NCBI RefSeq assembly: GCF_009914755.1
Contig: NC_060930.1
Strand: one strand, 5' to 3'
Origin: the human T2T-CHM13v2.0 reference genome, Homo sapiens
DNA: 64,000 nucleotides
The notes under the pieces: generated by a model
The model's database searches: none
What the model saw: only the letters and a program-made list of their open reading frames with translations
Told to the model about the DNA's origin: nothing
Translations under genes and position numbers: made by a program
In this document: positions 42,195 through 59,189 of the stretch, one piece after another
Layout: each line of letters begins with the position of its first letter
How positions within the stretch are numbered: the first letter of the stretch is position 1

Positions 42195-44442
42195 ACAACT
42201 AATTAGGACCATTCACAAACATTCCAGTCTTCTTTCCAGGCATCTGATAGTATTAGTCTTCCCTAATCAATTTGAAGTTACACATGGCCAAGTGACTAGC
42301 TATAGCCAATAAAAGTTAGTTACATGGATGATGGTTTCCAGCTTCATCCATGTCCCTACAAAGGACATGAACTCATCATGTCTTATGGCTGCGTAGTATT
42401 CCATGGTGTATATGTGCCACATTTTCATGTACCCTAAAACTTAAAGTATAATAAAAAAAAAGAAAGTTAGTTACATGGAATATCTATCAACTGAAGCCTC
42501 CATCAACCTGAATCTCTGAACAACCATATGAGCAAAGCTCTTCGTCCTATGTTAGATATGTAGCCATAACAAGAAATAATTTTTTGAGTTAATCCATTTG
42601 AATTTTAACAAATTTTGTTGGGTTAAACCACTTAAATTTTAGAGATGTTTGTTAGTGCAACATATTCTTGCAAACACTACCTGCAATATCCAGAATAATG
42701 AACACATTCTGATTGGTATAGAAATCGGAACCCAATGTGAGATGTAGTCATAATGCATAACATAAAACTACTAATACATAGAATTGCTTGGTAATCAGGA
42801 GGTAAGTAGTAAGGAAGCTGTTATTGGAAGCTAGAAGGATTATAATCAGTAGTCCTTTTGGTAAAACTGTTTCCTGTAGTGGCTTGGAAGGAAGACGATG
42901 TATCTAAAAAGCCTGCAGCCTTCATAAAAGAGATCAGAAAATAGTATCAGCATTGTGTGCTGATTGCTGTTGGCTTCATTTGATAAGGTATTATGAAGAA
43001 GAGATGAGTTCAGAAAAGAATTGGTTAACTTCAGCCACTTTCTTTTATAGAAATAAAAATTGAGTAGCAAAAATACAATATACATACAAAGCTGCAAGAG
43101 GCTACTATTTTTCCTTTTTCAACTTGTCAAAGAAAAGCTTGAGAATGCCTTACAATGACAAGGCCAATTACAACTCAATAAGGATAAAATCAAGAGTATA
43201 ACTTTCAAACCCATTCTTATAAGCTCTAGCTAGATTAAGAAGGCAAGAAGAGCAAGTAAAGTGCAACTAAAGGCTTAATGCTTACTTATTTCTTTCCACT
43301 GAAAAAATGGTTTAGAGGAAAGAAAAAAAAACAACCTTGTAGGCTCCTAATTAACAGAGGGTGGAGACAGAGGGGAAATAGGATAAATCTAATTAGTATG
43401 CCTAAAAGTAAACTATGTGTGGTTGTTGGCATACAAAATTGAATGTAATCTAATACATATGATGCTGTTTTAATACAGTTATACTACCAAAGAAACCACA
43501 TACCTAAACTGAAAAAGCTCAGTGACTTAAAATGATTTTAGGTCTCCAACCTTCCACAGTTATGAAGCAGACTGATAAAATTGCTCAGCACTCAATGACA
43601 GACAACTTTTCCAGTATCTACTTTAGATTACATCAAAGCGTAATGGAAAAGAAGAATATTTTAAGCAGCAGAGCCAAGAACCATGGCGAGTAGTGAATGG
43701 GAAGTCCTCCCAATTGGCAGAATTGGGGTATCATTAAATAATATTTTTCACTATCAGCGTAGGCCTGGCTGGGTTTCAGAATTGCTATGCAGCGCTTTGT
43801 ATCTCACAGTCTTTCCCCTTACTTAATGAGGATGCTGTTGTTGTTATCCTATCCCTCTCCCACCATTGTATAATGGGTGTATAAGAGATAGATAATTTTT
43901 ATTTACACTTACAGGTCTGCAGACTAAGAGGAGCCATGCCCAGACATGATAAAAAGATTATGGAGCACCACTCACAGATCCTGGACTCAACAATGGATGC
44001 AGTCACTGGATGGAACTTTTGGGTAAGGGGGAACCAAATATTTGGGGATCAGAAAGGGCAGCCTTTGGCAGTCATTAGGGCTATTCATAATTGTTCCCAT
44101 TCTCCTTCCTGACACATGAAAGTGTTACACTTCACTCTTTTTGCCGGTAGGCTTAGAAATATTGCACACATTGACCAATAAAAAGTGACTTATGTCACTT
44201 CCAGGTAGTAGCTTTAAGAAAGTGAGATTCCTCATGTTCTCTTTTCCTCTTTCTGTAATTATGAAGGTATATGACAAAATGGATCCTCCATTGTTTTGGG
44301 TTCTTGACTGACTATAATGAGCAGAGCCTTCCAACTCATCCGTGTTGGACTTATAAAGTGAGCAAGAAATAAACACTGTGTTAAGTCACTGAGATGTTGT
44401 AATTGCAACTGCAACATAACCTATCTTATCGTGACTCATACA
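42195..44442 (+). mobile_element. Old MLT1 MaLR element with LTR-internal-LTR layout
   Basis: LTR-like blocks at about 42195-42690 and 44065-44442 share motifs (gccaataaaa/accaataaaa; aacaagaaataa/gcaagaaataaac; ttaaaccactt/ttaagtcactgag) around MaLR internal-like DNA. Confidence 0.55.
42329..42462 (+). mobile_element. 134-bp 5'-inverted young L1PA insertion
   Basis: Antisense L1 piece at 42329-42425 plus sense terminus catgtaccctaaaacttaaagtataat-polyA; perfect 17-bp TSD AAAGTTAGTTACATGGA at 42312-42328 and 42463-42479. Confidence 0.95.
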
Positions 44443-46077
44443 ATGTTATTTTTAAGTGGAGTTTCTTTCAGAAGCCCAGAATTGACTGCTAGGGCCAAAT
44501 ACTGGACATAAAGTGACAACAACTACCAGGCGCATATCCTGAAGCGAATCACAAATAACTACAACAACACAGTCTTAAGACTTGAGCAGACTTGCCACCC
44601 AGGAAGGCTGGCTGCTGACTAAGGCAACACTAGGTAATTCTGTAAACAGTTGGAAGAGCTGAAGCTGCAACCACATCTCTCATGCCAAAAACTGTGGAAT
44701 AGGAGGCCCCCATAGGGCCCTCTGAAAATACACACCTGCCTCTCCTCAAAGCCAGCTCAGCAAGGCTAACACAGCAAGTCAGTGTTCGTCACAGAAAGAG
44801 TGATGATTGACAGTAGTCACCAGCTACAATGGTGATATATCCTTCATCTTCTGCTCCCTGTTCCATTCACAGAAAGAGCTATATAGCATAAGAAGAGAGA
44901 AAAGAGAGAAGAGTTACCCCTGGGGGATTCCAGTCCTAGCCTCCCTCCGCACAAGTAAAAGAGGAATGAAAGAGGAGATCATGATCACTCTCCATTTCAG
45001 ATCTACTGGGGAAAGAGGAGGGGCTAAGGTTTCAATCAGATAGGAAATTACAGTCTTAAAATGGACTCACTTTAAATAATCTAAAGTGACCCAAGATCTG
45101 TCCAAGATGTCTAAGATGTTAATCTGTCCAAGATGTTGTTAAGTTATAAGAAAAAGAGATTCATCTGAGTATGGTTTCGGTAAGTGACTGGAGAAAAACA
45201 GAATGGTTTCATATTCACTTCCCACTGAGTTTAGACTGTTGGAGAAACCAGTCACAGCTGTGACCCTGTTGGAAAACTGTTGTGCAAAGATGAATGTGGG
45301 TGCTGAAAAAGATGTATGTGAGAAAACGGATGTAACAGAACTAGGTTTGAAAGCATGTACAGAATGCTTTGAATCTCCTAAGAAAATATAGAATGAAGTT
45401 AAAAAATTTGAGAAAGGAAAAAAAAAGATGAGTGCAGTTTTGTTGCCCAAGAGATAGATTTCTCTCTCATTACTAGAAAAATACCAAAAATGGAGGAGCA
45501 TGGAAGTTGATTTTTGATGTTCTTATCTCAGACCCTGAATTTCTCAGAAGGAAATCTCTCGCTAAATAAAAAGAACATACAGTGACCAGGATGTCAGAGT
45601 ACTTGGGTGTGAAAACATCCCTATAGCCCCACACCTAAACATGCCATTTAAGACATCAGCTAATATGCTAGAGTAGACAGCAGGAATGCTGTACTCCTTT
45701 TGATGAAAAAAGCAAATTATCAATAATTGAATTCATTTTCCAAGAATGATACTCCCAGCCTAAGAGACATATGAACTGTGGCTGAGACATATTACCAAAT
45801 ACTTTAGCAATGGTGGACAGCTGATAGGCTGTCTTAGGACCAAATGTTGGTGATCTTCATGCTGTCAAAGCCACTACTACTTTAGTGACTGTGAATGCAT
45901 GTCTCAAGTAATCAAACAGGCTTCTGGATGTGGTTGAATACCAGAGAGCACGGTATGTCAGCCTTTTGGATAAACACCAGGAGGCTGGTTGAAAAGATGT
46001 CTGAATATATAGACTGTAACAATAGACTGATCTGGAGGGCTCTGGCTAGGGTACCTGCTATAGATAGAATGCTTGCA

Positions 46078-46338
46078 TCATGAGGGAAGAGCTTGCATGA
46101 ATGAGATTAGTGCCCTTATAAGGGGCTGAAGAGAACAGAGTTCTTTATGTCATATGAGGACAGAGCAAAAAGACGGCTGTCTGTGAACCCAAAACCCATT
46201 CCCTCACTGGACACAGAATATGCACGTGTCTTGATCTTGGACTTTCCGGTCTCCAGAACTGTGAGAAATAAATCTGTGTTGTTTATATGCCAGCCAAATT
46301 ATGGTAGTTTGTCATAGCGGCCTGAAAAGACTAGGATA
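46078..46338 (+). mobile_element. MLT1A/MSTD-like LTR 3' fragment
   Basis: atgaatgagattagtgcccttataa...tcttgatcttggactttccggtctccagaactgtgagaaataaa. Confidence 0.8.
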
Positions 46339-47924
46339 GTACCCTTAGACTCAGGAAATATGGATCAGTCTCTTTAAAATAAGTGTAGAAGGGCAATACT
46401 TGGCAACTTAATTTGCTCTGAGATCAATCTGCCTAAAATTTGACACTTCTTTCATCTTCTTTCAACTACTAATGCTGATAACGGAAAGAACCGAGAAAGA
46501 AAGTGATGGCTCACATCAAGATTTAAGAAACAGGTGTCAAATGGATTTCAGGGGAACTAGCCTGGTAATCTACCAGAGTGAACAAGGCATTATCAGAACA
46601 GGTAAAAAGTCCAGGCAGCCACTTTGTCAGATTTTGGAAAGCCTGGTATAAACTCCTTTCCTGAGATCCCTTCCAAAATACACTGGAAAAACAAGCATAC
46701 TCACTCATACATACAAATGAGCAAGTCCATCAAGCTGCCTACTGTGTGACTGGGCATGCAAAGCTACAAAGATTTATAGGAGGAGGTCTAAGTCTATAGC
46801 GGGCTACAAATAACACTGCACAACCACAAAACAGAAGGATTCAGAAAAACCTATAGGGAGTTAGAGAAGGGCAAGTGCCCAGCTTTGCCTGTGGGGAATG
46901 TAGGCATTTTGTGTCAGGCTACACTCATCAAAGTGACATCATCAAAGCATAAGAATAGTGTAAAAGCAAAGGCAGCCTGTGGACTTTGAGAACCACAAAC
47001 CAGTTAGGGAGATAAACTGCCTGGTCCCGTAAGAAAATAGTCTCTCATCCTGTTAGGAAAGAGGAAAATCTTGAAACTCTCCCTGGTGACGGACCCTTGG
47101 TAGAGGAGGGCTTGTCTGTGACCTGACAGCACCAGCCTCTCCTGAGTACAGGAAGGGCCTGCAGTGCTCACAATCTGGATCCGTCTATCCAAGAAACTCA
47201 TGTAGAAATGCAAAGGGTGTTATAAAATAAGAGAGAGACTTTCTTAGCCAAGTTTTTTATTCGAGGCTGTTGAAGAAGTGAGCAATATGTTATGAATTCT
47301 GGTTGGAAGATCAGCCCAAACTGTTGTTCAGAATTCAATCCTGTGTGGCTTTCTTTAAGGCAAAGATAGCTTCTCAGTGCCTGATGAAGCCATAGATGCC
47401 TTGAGCAGTCAACCATGGGAAAGTGAAGAGCTCAGAGGGTCCTTGGCCAAGTTTTCTGACCAGGTAAATTCCTGGAACTTCTGTCAAGGCCATTGAAACA
47501 TAGAACTTTCTCAGAAAAACAAAACTAAGGTTGAATTTCCCACCAATAGAGCATGGAGGATAAAAGCCCGTGAAGTTGGAGTAACAAAAAATATTAAAAT
47601 GTGACATTTCTCCCATCTGAGTTTCATGGAGCAAATTCACATTTAAATGTATATATTGCATAAATATATTTCTAATCAAAGACTACTCTTTGATACAAAA
47701 ATATTTCTATAATATTTGGAAAGTGTGGATTTAAAGAGACAAAAATCTCTGCACAATCTTGCCACTAAAACTTCTGGCTATTAATGACTACTTCATATAT
47801 CACCTCAACTGAAAAAGACATTCTAACGGATCAGATAACATTAAATAACTCTTGAAACAAAAAGTATTAGAGTTGCTTGAGGTTTGATATAGTTGCACTT
47901 ATTACGCCAAATTTTATAATTTAA

Positions 47925-48330
47925 ATGCCATCTATATATTCTGATGACTCCTAGCCTCACCCCTGAGCTCAGTACATCCAGTTGCCTACTTGATATCTCC
48001 ATTTAATGTTCACAAGTCAAACTTGATATGCACAAACCTCCTGCCCACTTGAATTCTTCACCTTAACTAATGAGACTTCCATTACTCAGTGGGTCAAGGA
48101 AGCAGGAATTTTAGGAATCACTTTTAATGGTGCCTGATCACTCATGCTTCGTAAAAAGCCTACCCAAGTACTGTTGGCTGTGGGCACAAGATAAATTTCA
48201 ATTTCATCCACTTTTCCCCAGTTCACTGCCTCACCTTAGTCCCCACCTACCTTGTCCCTCCTCTGGAACACAGCATGGGCCTCCTAATTTGCTGCTCTCT
48301 AACATCATCCAGTATGCTCCTACCACAGAA
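47925..48330. mobile_element. L2 fragment interrupted by the full-length L1 (continues at about 54600-54820)
   Basis: atccagttgcctacttgatatctcca and ctctaacatcatcc motifs; L2 terminus aagtgctcaataaatatttattgcataaatga near 54792-54823. Confidence 0.65.
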
Positions 48331-48554
48331 TGATTTCTTTTTTCTTTTTTTATTATACTTTAAGTTTTAGGGTACATGTGCACAATGTGCAGGTTTGTTA
48401 CATATGTATACATTTGACATGTCGATGTGCTGCACCCATTAACTCATCATTTAACATTAGGTATATCTCCTACTGCTATCCCTCCCCCCTCCCCCTGCCC
48501 CACAACAGGCCCCAGTGTGATGTTCCCCTTCCTCTGTCCATGTGTTCTCATTGT

Positions 48555-52378
<3,824 letters not shown>

Positions 52379-52425
52379 TATGATGTTAGCTGGTTATTTT
52401 GCTTGTTAGTTGATGCAGTTTCTTC

Positions 52426-53450
52426 CTAGCCTCGATGGTCTTTATATTTTGGCATGTTTTTGAAGTGGCTGGTACCAGTTGTTCCTTTCCATGTTTCCTT
52501 CAGGAGCTCTTTTAGGGCAGGCCTGAGGGTGGCAAAATCTCTCAGCATTTGCTTGTCTGTAAAGCATTTTATTTCTCCTTCACTTATGAAGCTTAGTTTG
52601 GCTGGATATGAAATTGTGGGTTGAAAATTCTTTTCTTTAAGAATGTTGAATATTGGCCCCCACTCTCTTCTGGCTTGTAGAGTTTCTGCTGAGAGATCAG
52701 CTGTTAGTCTGATGAGCTTCCTTTTGTGGGTAACCCTACCTTTCTCTCTGGCTGCCCTTAACATTTTTTCCTTCATTTCAACTTTGGTGAATCTGACAAT
52801 TATGTGTCTTGGAGTTGCTCTTCTCAAGGAGTATCTTTGTGGCGTTCTCTGTATTTCCTGAATTTGAAGGTCAGCCTGCCTTGCTAGATTGGGGAAGTTC
52901 TCCTGGATAATATCCTGCAGAGTGTTTTCCAACTTGGTTCCATTCTCCCCGTCATTTTCAGGTACACCAATCAGACGTAGATTTGGTCTTTTCACATAGT
53001 CCCATATTTCTTGGAGGCTTTGTTCATTTCTTTTTATTCTTTTTTCTCTAAACTTCTCTTCTCACTTCATTTCCTTCATTTAATCTTACATCACTGATTC
53101 CATTTCTTCCAGTTGATCGAATCAGCTACTGAGGCTTGTGCATTCGTCACATAGTTCTCATGCCTTGGTTTTCAGCTCCATCAGGTCCTTTAAGGACTTC
53201 TCTGCATTGGTTATTCTAGTTAGCCATTCATCTAATTTTTTTTCAAGGTTTTTAACTTCTTTGCCATGGGTTCAAACTTCCTCCTTTAGCTCGGAGAAAT
53301 TTGATTGTCTGAAGCCTTCTTCTCTCAACTCATCAAAGTCATTCTCCGTCCAGCTTTGTTCCATTGCTGGTGAGGAGCTGCGTTCCTTTGGAGGAGGAGA
53401 GTGCTCTGATTTTTAGAGTTTCCAGTTTTTCTGCTCTGTTATTTCCCCAT
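52426..53450 (-). pseudogene. L1 ORF1, disabled
   Basis: ATG GGG AAA TAA gives a stop at codon 4. A 189-aa internal piece (KRPNLRLIGVPE...ARREW...YPAKLS) remains, with a C-terminal frameshifting deletion near 52496. Confidence 0.93.
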
Positions 53451-54480
53451 CTTTGTGGTTTTATCTACCTTTGGTCTTTGATGATAGTGACGTACAGATG
53501 GGGTTTTGGTGTGGATGTCCTTTCTGTTTGTTAGTTTTCCTTCTAACAGTCAGAACCCTCAGCTGCAGGTCTGTTGGAGTTTGCCAGAGGTCCACTCCAG
53601 ACCCTGTTTGCCTGGGTATCAGCAGCAGAGGCTGCCGAAAAGCAGACATTGGTGAACAGCAAATGTTGCTGCCTGATTGTTCCTCTGGAAGTTTTGTCTC
53701 AGAGAAGTACCCGGCCATGTGAGGTGTCAGTCTGCTCCTACTGGGGGGTGCCTCCCAGTTAGGCTACTCGGGGGTCAGGGACCCACTTCAGGAGGCAGTC
53801 TGTCTGTTCTCAGATCTCCATGCTGCATGCTGGGAGAACCACTACTCTCTTCAAAGCTTTCAGACAGGGACATTTAAGTCTGCAGAGGTTTCTGCTGCCT
53901 TTTGGTTGGGTATGCCCTGCCCCCAGAGGTGGAGTCTACAGTGGCAGGCAGGCCTCCTTGGGCTGTGGTGGACTCCACCCAGTTCGAGCTTCCGGACCAC
54001 TTTGTTTACCTACTCAAGTCTGGGCAATGGTGGGCGCCCCTCCTCCAGCCTGCTGCCGCCTTGCAGTTTGATCTCAGACTGCTGTGCTAGCAATGAGTGT
54101 GGCTCCGTGGGCGTAGGACCCTCTGAGCCTTGAGTGGGATATAATCTCCTGGTGTGCCATTTGCTAAGACAGTTGGAAAAATGCAGTATTAGGGTGGGAG
54201 TGACCCGGTTTTCCAGGTACCGTCTGTCACCCCTTTCTTTGACCAGGAAAGGGAATTCTCTGACCCCTTGTGCTTCCTGGGTGAGGTGATGCCTCACTCT
54301 GCTTTGGCTCATGCTCAGTGCACGCTGCACCCACTGTCCTGCACCCACTGTCCGACACTCCCCAGTGAGATGAACCCGGTACCTCAGTTGGAAATGCAGA
54401 AATCACCCGTCTTCTGCATCACCCACGCTGGGAGCTGTATACTGGAGCTATTCCTATTCAGCCGTCTTGGCTCCACTCCC
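53451..54480 (-). promoter_or_regulatory. L1 5'UTR (internal sense promoter and antisense promoter region), CpG-depleted
   Basis: Collinear with the L1PA 5'UTR; many CpG-to-TpG/CpA changes. Activity cannot be read from sequence. Confidence 0.8.
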
Positions 54481-57400
54481 CACATAATGTTTTCTTTTGG
54501 TTCCTCTGGGCTTTCACTTTCTTTACTATCTTCTAATAATACTTCTAATATACTTCTAATAATACTTTATCTCATCCTCTGCCTAACTTATACTTTGAAT
54601 TACAGAAATATCATATGCCCAGAGAGATCCCAACAGACTCTTAATCTAGACTAGATTTCCTTCATGTTACATCCCCTGAAAAAGCCCAGTGCATTCCCTT
54701 CACAGCATTTATCAAAGTTTATCCATTTACTCAAGTTATTTTTCCCATTATGTCCTAACTTCTGTGTTATTTACTTCAGCATGGTTTTAGCAAAGTGCTC
54801 AATAAATATTTATTGCATAAATGAGATGATGCTGCTCCTCCTAGAGATCACACTGGAATAATGCTGCAAGGGAATTTAGAAACTGTCTATTCATTTTAGG
54901 GGTGTGGAAACCAGCAGCTATCAAGTGCCTCTCTCAAGGCTATGTAAATGGCCAAGTAGCAAAACCAGAATTTCTGATTTTTAGCCTTTGCATCTCCTAC
55001 AATGTCACTTAAGAGTAATGAATTTCAAACATTAATTTAACACTCTTCCACTTTTTTTCCAGCCATTAATTGAGTGCCTACCATATAGACACTGGGACCA
55101 CAATGAAGAAGATAACCACTGATCCTGTGGAACTTTTAGCTAATGGAAATCAATTCCTGAGTATCCATGTAATATTGGATGCTCAGCATTATTTATCGGG
55201 ACTCATTAATTGATATTTCATAGGAATTTAAGAATGTTTTCTCAAGGAAAAGCTCATTATTCTGATTGAATTCAAGAAAATATTTCTTACTGAGTTTAGT
55301 GATATAAAACCACATGAAACTAACAGTATCTGATTAAGACCAATAGCCAAGTTCATTTTTAATGTCTTTATCCTACAAATCAACAAAACTTGTCAGTGAA
55401 AAGAGGAATATTGATCAATCACTTGAATGTTTCATTAAATCCAAATCTTTTGTATAACAGTGAAAAAGTATTTAATGTTTGGATGGTTTAATTTATCTTC
55501 ATCTGTATGGGCTTTTTCTGTTATTTGGGCCACTAATGTGTTTTAGTTTAGTTTTTTGGTTTTGGGTGTTTTCTGTCTTTTTTTTTTTTTTTTTTTTTTT
55601 TGGTAAAGTCATTGTGTTCTCTCTTGGTCTTCTGCTTTCAACTATCAGGTTGCCAATTCAATTACTCACAAATCTCTCTGAAAAATATTTTGAAATTTAC
55701 TTTTGTTTATATAACATCTTATTTTCTGACATTTGTCTTTCCTTTAAAGAAAAATATTTTATAGGCCTGCAACATGACTCTTTTGCAAGGAAATTTTACT
55801 AAAAAGATAGCTACTGTAGATTTTTTTAACTTTTTTAAATTTTAAAAAGAAGGCAATATACTGTATTCTGAAAAATTCCAATTTTAATGACTGCTAATTC
55901 CATTGAACAGCAAAATATTTGTGCATTAGACGAATTTAAACAGGAATGAAGAGTGTATGTTCTATTCTATGAATATTATATATTACATATATAATAACAC
56001 TAATTATATATCTAAAGACTTTTACTGGCAGGTTTACATCTACAAACACCTAACAAAATAAGATATTTATTTATTAAAAAAAAAAACTTTTTTGAACTAA
56101 ATCCAAAAAGCTGAAGTGCATGATACTAGAAATAAGCAGCATTGGTGGGTAGCGGGGATAGAGTAATGAGGTAGATTTTTCAACAACAACAACAAAAATG
56201 TTAACTAGATAGGAAGATTTACCTGTTTTTAAATAGAAAAGAAGAAACATGGACATTTAAAGTTGGGCAGGGGACATAAAACGCTCTATTCCATTTTCTC
56301 ACCCAGGACTCAGTTGGCCTTCTTTAGCACATGCACTGCAGAATCCCCATGTGGGAAACTCATGTGAATTGCTTATTTAACATTTTTGGTGATATAATCC
56401 CTAAAAGTAGAAAGAAGCACAAAGATTCATGGGTGTGCTGCTACTGGTGTCACAGCATCAAAAGGAGCTAAGGAGGAAAACCAGCTGCTAGAATTTGAAT
56501 TAGAAGAAGAAACCACTGCAGATTGTTTATGGAAGCACAGATGGCTAAAGCGAAAACAGTGTTCTCAGAGTCAGCTTGCCAGGAGAAACACTGGCAGGAC
56601 ACAGTTGCACTCTGTTAACATTTCCCTCCAATTTGAAAAAGTCCTAATTTCACTGCTGGACAATGATATTTGACACTTTTCATATATGACTTGTATACAG
56701 ATTACAGCAATAAAAGTTAAAACTGCAAAACATCTGGAGAGAGAAAAAAGCAGCTCTTCTAGCAGGAGGTCAGGGCACACAGTGACCTTTTGGAGCCCTC
56801 AAAAGAATTACAGAAGCTTAGGAATGGCGAAACATGGAAGGGACCGCCAAGCATGACAAACACGTAATTTAAAAAGCATGGTCAGATTCAGGGTTATAAA
56901 AAAATAAAATCATAGAAAAGGAATCCACTTGTAGACAATTTGTGATAATCATCTATCAAAAATGAGATTAAGAGTTTACATTGCAATTTACATGAATATA
57001 AAAACAGTCTAGGAAAAATTTGAACAAGTTTATATAATTGTTCATACAGAGGCACACAACTGAATACACAGTGTAGTTTACATAGTTCTATTTTGGTTTT
57101 AATCTCTCGAATTTTATGCTGAAAGAAAACTTAACACAATAAAAATAATACATCATAATCTCATTCTGCTTCCTAACATAGGAAAGATTTTCATATCACA
57201 CAACGGCCTGATCCAGAGATAGCTACATAGATTGAGAATAGCATTGAGATAATTCTTAAAGCTTTCTGTATTTATTTAACTTTCTAATTAGAGTTGCTTA
57301 AGAGTCCCAGTCTCTGAGTACGAGTACACAGCCCTGTATATACACATACGATACCCACCCAGAGGCCGGGGCAATCTTCCAGCTGAGCACCAGGAACAAG

Positions 57401-58269
57401 AGGGTTTGCTTTCTGAAAGTGATTGCTTTTCCCAACTTCAATCTAAATATAAATAAAAGAACGTGGAAAGATATAAAATATAACTTATTCATCATGTTCT
57501 CCCACTTTTATATTAAGAGAAGACTCAAATCAATCTGTATTATTTAACTATGCCAATACTTCATTACTGAACTATGTTAATAAAATGTATATCTGGAAAA
57601 CTAGACACAGAAAATAGCTTCAGAAAATTAAATACCAAAGTGAAAATTAGAACATATACTTCCACATTGATTTTCAAGGATGATGCAAATTCTCACTGCT
57701 CAGACTTTCTTTTAATGCATACACATAATGATCTGTGAATCAATTTTCTTTGACTTTACCTAGCAATGAGCTTGTTCATTCTCAAGTTCTATATCTGTGA
57801 CGCCAAACATTCAAGTAAAGACCAAATAATTCATTTGGATTTCCAGGGGTTACTCTCTGCTCTCTTCAGTCTTCTCTCTGCCATATTCTTACCTTTCATT
57901 TCCTCTTCTGAAACTCAGACAAAACACTACAGGGCAGTGATTCTCAATGTGTGTTCCAAACTATCAGTCAGCATCACCTGACTAAAGTGTCTGATAGTCA
58001 ACAAGAAGACTTGCAGCCTTTCAAGCATATCACTTTGACCACCATCTAAGACAGGCTTAACTAGAGAAAGGCTAGATGTAGTCAGACCCATCAAGAGGAA
58101 GTGATCATTGTCTAGGCAAGAGCTGATGTGGGTCCGAATTGGGGCTGTGGTAATAGGGATGAAAACAACGAAAAATATTTAGGAGTTAAAAATGGCAGGA
58201 CTTATGATGTGCTGAATATTATGGAGTGGAATAGGGAGATTGAAGCAGTTTTGTTTTTGTGACTAAGGG

Positions 58270-58460
58270 CAGGGATTAGAGCCTTGGCTATGCGACTTGT
58301 CAGCTACCTGACCTTGAGCAAGATATTTTCCCTAAGCCTCAAGTTCTTCATCAGAAATAATGTTAGCATCATAGGATTGTATGAGGGTTAAATTAGATCA
58401 TATATGATGGAGATTAGCACAGAGCCTGGCACACAGCAGAGGTCAATACATCCTAGCAGG
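58270..58460 (+). mobile_element. MIR
   Basis: tgaccttgagcaagatatttt...agcctcaagttcttcatcagaaa...ggattgtatgagggttaaattagat...agcacagagcctggcacacag. Confidence 0.85.
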
Positions 58461-58641
58461 TTTAAGAATGCTCTAGAATTCTGGTCTAAATGGGAAAAAA
58501 AGGAATAAAAAAAGGAAGGAAGGAGGGAAGGAGAGCGAGAGTGTGTGGGAGGAAAACTGAGGAATTTGGTGTGAACATGTTTTTAGAAATTAAATTTCAG
58601 ATTATTCATTATTAAAAAGTCATCTCTATTTTTCCATGTTC

Positions 58642-59130
58642 TTTTTTTAAAAATTGTTATTGATGCATAATAGATGTACATGTGATAATATAATACATTA
58701 ATATAATATGTAAAGATCAAATCAGGATAATTGAGATATCCATCATCTTAAATATCTGTCTTTTCTGTATGCTAGACACAAATTATTCCCCTCTATGTTT
58801 TGAAGTATACAATAGAGTTTTGTAAACTATAGTCATCCTACTGATCTATCAAACTCTATTCATTTCTTCTAACCACATATTTGTACCAATTAATCAGCCC
58901 GTCTTTGTCCCCCCCTTCCCTTTACCCTTCCCAAGCTCCGATAATGAGCAATCTACTCTTTATCTTCATGAGATCCACTTTTTCAACTCCCACAAATGTG
59001 TGAAAATGTGGTATTTGTCTTTCTGTTCTTGGCTTATTTCACTTAACATAATACCTCCAATTCCATCCATGTTGCTGTGAATGACAGAATTTCATTCTTT
59101 CTTACGGCTAAATATATTTTATTATGTATG

Positions 59131-59189
<59 letters not shown>

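Noticed and set aside
44460-46075. Moderately GC-rich stretch with 120-aa and 62-aa ORFs
   Set aside because: No recognisable protein motif; probably decayed LTR or internal sequence that I cannot assign.
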